Below, piece by piece: positions 27,456 to 30,048 of a stretch of DNA of 30,048 bases. Position numbers and translations under genes: made by a program. Where the stretch lies: contig JBBEDP010000040.1 of NCBI GenBank assembly GCA_040881235.1, positions 1 through 30,048 of the forward strand, in the 5' to 3' direction. Below the pieces are notes generated by a model that searched no databases, was not told the DNA's origin, and saw only the letters and a program-made list of their open reading frames with translations. Source of the DNA: Patescibacteria group bacterium (GTDB lineage Bacteria > Patescibacteriota > Microgenomatia > UBA1406 > GWC2-37-13). Numbering within the stretch: the stretch's first letter is position 1; the number at the start of each line of letters is the position of its first letter.

Positions 27456-27662
27456 TTAAACGACACCAATGTGCGAGAGAATAGTGCTTTTACTACTTGT
27501 TTATTTATAGCGTTTTTAAAGGTTTACTTACAATATAAGTGATCTAATTTAAGTTTTAATAAGAAAGAGTGAGGACGAGTACACTCCCTTATATGTATAT
27601 ATGATCCAAATATGAAGTAAGGAAAAAATGAGAGACAAGCAGGTAAAGAGTAGAATTGATAA

Positions 27663-27692
27663 GACGTCGTAAATTGTATCTTTTACGACGTC
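27663..27692. repeat. Perfect 11-8-11 inverted repeat (dif/lox-like geometry or terminator hairpin)
   Basis: GACGTCGTAAA-TTGTATCT-TTTACGACGTC. Confidence 0.85.
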
Positions 27693-27902
27693 AAGCGTGC
27701 TCACTTCCAGAGAATAGTGTAAATTCTATATAAATCATTTTTTGTTATTTTACTTAATTCTTGTTTCTTTCTTCTTACTTCTACTCTTAATTATCTCCTT
27801 ATTTTCCCCTTTTCTCAGATTCCTCTCATTTTGCTTAAATCCCCCATTTTACATAATGAATTATCTTATTATGACAATCTAAATACGATTATCCCCCATT
27901 TT

Positions 27903-28652
27903 TCAGCCTCGGTTTCCGCCTTTTTGCCAATTTACTTTTTTAAAGAAAGGCTTATACATTGGATCTTTAAGTCCAACATGAAGTTTAGAAAGTTCGTCTT
28001 TGCCTGGATTTGCGTTTTTAAAATCTATGAAGTTTAAGCCTGAAGCTATAGCTATTGGTGTTTGTTCCGAGCCTTCACCCATAACTAAGACCGCAGCAGT
28101 TGCAAGTGCATCTGCAATATTTGAAGTTGATACTTCTAAAGTTCTACCGAATAAATCAGGTGTTCCAATATAGTTTTTCATAGCTAAGAAACCGCTGTGG
28201 GCTATAGCAACACCAATCGTACCCCAACGAAGTGGGATAATTCGACTGTCTGTAATAATGACTCCAACTTTATTAAGGTTGAACTTCTTTTTTAGGTAAT
28301 TTCGAAGCTTATTGGCTGTTTTTTGAGGGTTTTTAGGCCAAAGAGTATAGTAGCCAGCGCTATTTGACTCATCTATACCAGCTCCTGGAATTAAAATGTT
28401 ATTTTTCATAGTAAGTCCAAGAGAATTTTTCTTTAAGACTGATGGTATATACAGTTCGGCTTCTTGTTTAACAAGCTCGTTTTTATCAATGGTTCCGATT
28501 TTAACTACAGCGCCTTCACAAAGAGATACAATTTTAGAAGTAAAAACGATGACGGATTCTTCTTTAAGTGATTTTATGTATTTATCAATTAACTTAAAGA
28601 GCGTAATTTTTTTTGGAGTTATTATTTCTGTTTTAAGAGCAACAATTTTCAT
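27903..28652 (-). CDS. CofE-family gamma-glutamyl ligase (putative folate-metabolism type)
   Basis: TSKIVSLCEG, AGIDESN, GVIITDS, PLRWG, DLFGR and ADALATAAVLVMGEGSEQTP; ATGA-coupled to folC. Confidence 0.88.
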   Translation of the reverse strand: MKIVALKTEIITPKKITLFKLIDKYIKSLKEESVIVFTSKIVSLCEGAVVKIGTIDKNELVKQEAELYIPSVLKKNSLGLTMKNNILIPGAGIDESNSAGYYTLWPKNPQKTANKLRNYLKKKFNLNKVGVIITDSRIIPLRWGTIGVAIAHSGFLAMKNYIGTPDLFGRTLEVSTSNIADALATAAVLVMGEGSEQTPIAIASGLNFIDFKNANPGKDELSKLHVGLKDPMYKPFFKKVNWQKGGNRG

Positions 28653-30028
28653 GCAGTTGCTTTCTTTTTTAACATTAATTTTTGTTTTTTTATCAGCAAC
28701 TTTCTAACTTCACCAACAGTATGAAAAGATCCAGTAACTAAAATCTTATCTTTTTTCTCTGATTCTTTTATTACATAAGACAAAGCTTCAGGAAGAGACG
28801 GAATAGCTATAATTCCTCCACTAAATTTAGCCTTTAATATTTTTGCTAATATAATAGACACCTCAATAGGACTATGTGGACCTGCGTTTGTAGGATGACT
28901 AAATTGAGTTGCCACAATTGTTTTAGCTTTATTTTTGAGCATTTTAATTGAGTTTTCAATTTCTTTATTTTTCTTACAAGAAAATATACATATAAATTTA
29001 TCATCTGGGTATACGGTACTAAGAGTTTCAACAAGAGCTGAAAACTTATGTTCGTTATGAGCGCCGTCTAATATAAACGACTTTCCACCAAGTTTCATAA
29101 TTTCAAATCGTCCGTAATGAATGGAATCAGATAAGGCCTTTTTAATATGAGAATTTTTTATTTTATATCCAATTTTTCTTAGTTCAAGCGCAGCCTTGAT
29201 AGCAAGCGCTGCGTTATGGGCTTGATGTGGTCCAACTAGAGAGCAAAAGATGTTTGATATTTTTTTATCACCATCTACATAATCAAATAGGACTCCCCTT
29301 TTTGTGTTTTTTTTAATTGTTACTTCAAAATCTTTGTTTTCAATATATAAGTTTGTTCCTTCTTGCTTTGCCTTTTTAATAATAACTTCTTCAGCGGTCT
29401 TTTTTTGAACGGCAGATATGACAGCGGATTGAGATTTTTTAATAATTCCTGCTTTGCTTACAGCTATTTTATCGATCGTTTTACCCAATATATGCATATG
29501 ATCATAATCTATAGGTGTAATTACACCAATTGTAGAATTAACGACATTTGTTCCATCATATAAGCCTCCAAGTCCAGTCTCAATTACCGCAATATCAACC
29601 TTTTCTTGTGCAAAATAAGTCATTGCAAAGCCTTGCATAATCTGTACAAAATAAAGTTTTCCGTATTTTTTAGCATTAAACTTTTCAATTACAGGTTTAA
29701 TTTTTTTCGTAATCTCTGTGAATTTTTCTTGACTAATTCTTTTATTATTAATTTGAGCTCTTTCTCTGATTGAATGAAGATGAGGAGATAAATGAAGCCC
29801 TGTTTTATATCCTGCTGTTTTTAATATTTTTGAGATAAGATATGAGGTAGATCCTTTACCTGAAGTTCCAGCAATGTGGATTGTGGGATAATTATTTTGA
29901 GGGTTTCCAAGCATTTCAATAAACTTACTTATTCTTTTAAAGCTTAAAGAGCCTCGTACAGGCTTTTTTGATACCTTTGGTACAAATTCAAGGATGTATT
30001 GTTTGGCTTGTTTATAGGTACTTATCAT
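28649..30028 (-). CDS. folC: Folylpolyglutamate synthase/dihydrofolate synthase
   Basis: IHIAGTSGKGST, SPHL...RERAQIN, ETGLGGLYDGTN, DHMHILG, IAVSKAGIIK, LDGAHN and VTGSFH. Confidence 0.95.
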   Translation of the reverse strand: MISTYKQAKQYILEFVPKVSKKPVRGSLSFKRISKFIEMLGNPQNNYPTIHIAGTSGKGSTSYLISKILKTAGYKTGLHLSPHLHSIRERAQINNKRISQEKFTEITKKIKPVIEKFNAKKYGKLYFVQIMQGFAMTYFAQEKVDIAVIETGLGGLYDGTNVVNSTIGVITPIDYDHMHILGKTIDKIAVSKAGIIKKSQSAVISAVQKKTAEEVIIKKAKQEGTNLYIENKDFEVTIKKNTKRGVLFDYVDGDKKISNIFCSLVGPHQAHNAALAIKAALELRKIGYKIKNSHIKKALSDSIHYGRFEIMKLGGKSFILDGAHNEHKFSALVETLSTVYPDDKFICIFSCKKNKEIENSIKMLKNKAKTIVATQFSHPTNAGPHSPIEVSIILAKILKAKFSGGIIAIPSLPEALSYVIKESEKKDKILVTGSFHTVGEVRKLLIKKQKLMLKKKATA

Positions 30029-30048
30029 GGTGATATTCTAATGGCTAC
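30025..30048 (-). CDS. Possible 3' end of an upstream gene coupled to folC
   Basis: Open frame VAIRISP* whose TGA overlaps the folC ATG (ATGA), like other operonic junctions here. Only 8 codons are visible. Confidence 0.3.
   Translation of the reverse strand, partial: VAIRISP

Larger units (their letters stand above)
27064..27902. other. 840-bp ORF-free region between convergent operons; candidate replication terminus/chromosome-resolution locus
   Basis: Contains repeated palindromes, a DnaA box, an 11-8-11 inverted repeat and a G-to-C strand-skew switch (see findings). Confidence 0.5.

Noticed and set aside
27241-27459. CRISPR mini-array
   Set aside because: Repeats differ in their centres, intervals are 85 and 103 bp, there are only three units, and no cas genes are present.
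27064-27902. rnpB, tmRNA, SRP RNA or rRNA in the long gap
   Set aside because: No GAGGAAAGTCC or CGGCTTA RNase P motifs, no tRNA-like tmRNA ends and no SRP core. A novel ncRNA is not excluded.
27903-28652. Calling the gene cofE as evidence of F420 biosynthesis
   Set aside because: No cofC, cofD, cofG or cofH in the window, and direct coupling to folC favours a folate role.
24913-29563. ORFs 24913-25110, 26793-26981, 27831-28037, 28396-28707, 28846-29034 and 29363-29563
   Set aside because: Shadows of the TPR, membrane-protein, CofE-like and folC genes.

Overview
A 30-kb, strongly AT-rich, gene-dense bacterial window. Gene content and protein style suggest Patescibacteria/CPR, most like Microgenomates (e.g. 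Roizmanbacteria); this is inference, not a database result. TGA is used as a stop (purB, yebC-like, folC), so the standard code applies. The window carries four GT-C-fold membrane glycosyltransferase-like genes, an NAD-dependent epimerase, surface proteins (a Thr-rich lipoprotein, a DUF11-like protein with a sortase-like anchor, an orphan), purB-purA, tRNA-Leu(CAA), NIF3-like, 4xCBS, HAD, a highly divergent Lgt, DksA/TraR, a CPA2 antiporter, a TPR protein with a HIRAN-like domain, yebC, and a folC plus CofE-like gamma-glutamyl ligase pair. A partial Ca2+/Na+ antiporter at the left edge is missing from the ORF track. No transposase, integrase, prophage, rRNA or CRISPR array was seen. The most unusual signals are non-coding. 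(1) An 840-bp ORF-free gap at 27064-27902, the only large gap among otherwise abutting convergent junctions, holds an array of TTTAGA-N12-TCTAAA palindromes, a perfect DnaA box and an 11-8-11 perfect palindrome placed where the + strand flips from G-rich to C-rich; this is a candidate replication terminus/dif-like locus. (2) Degenerate 7-mer and 8-mer arrays and short palindromes occur upstream of promoters and inside genes, including a 103-bp imperfect palindrome with outward-facing TTGACA boxes. (3) Many promoters appear to give leaderless or near-leaderless mRNAs. Protein-level leads are an Lgt lacking most catalytic residues and a 4xCBS protein ending in an apparently truncated HPF-like segment.
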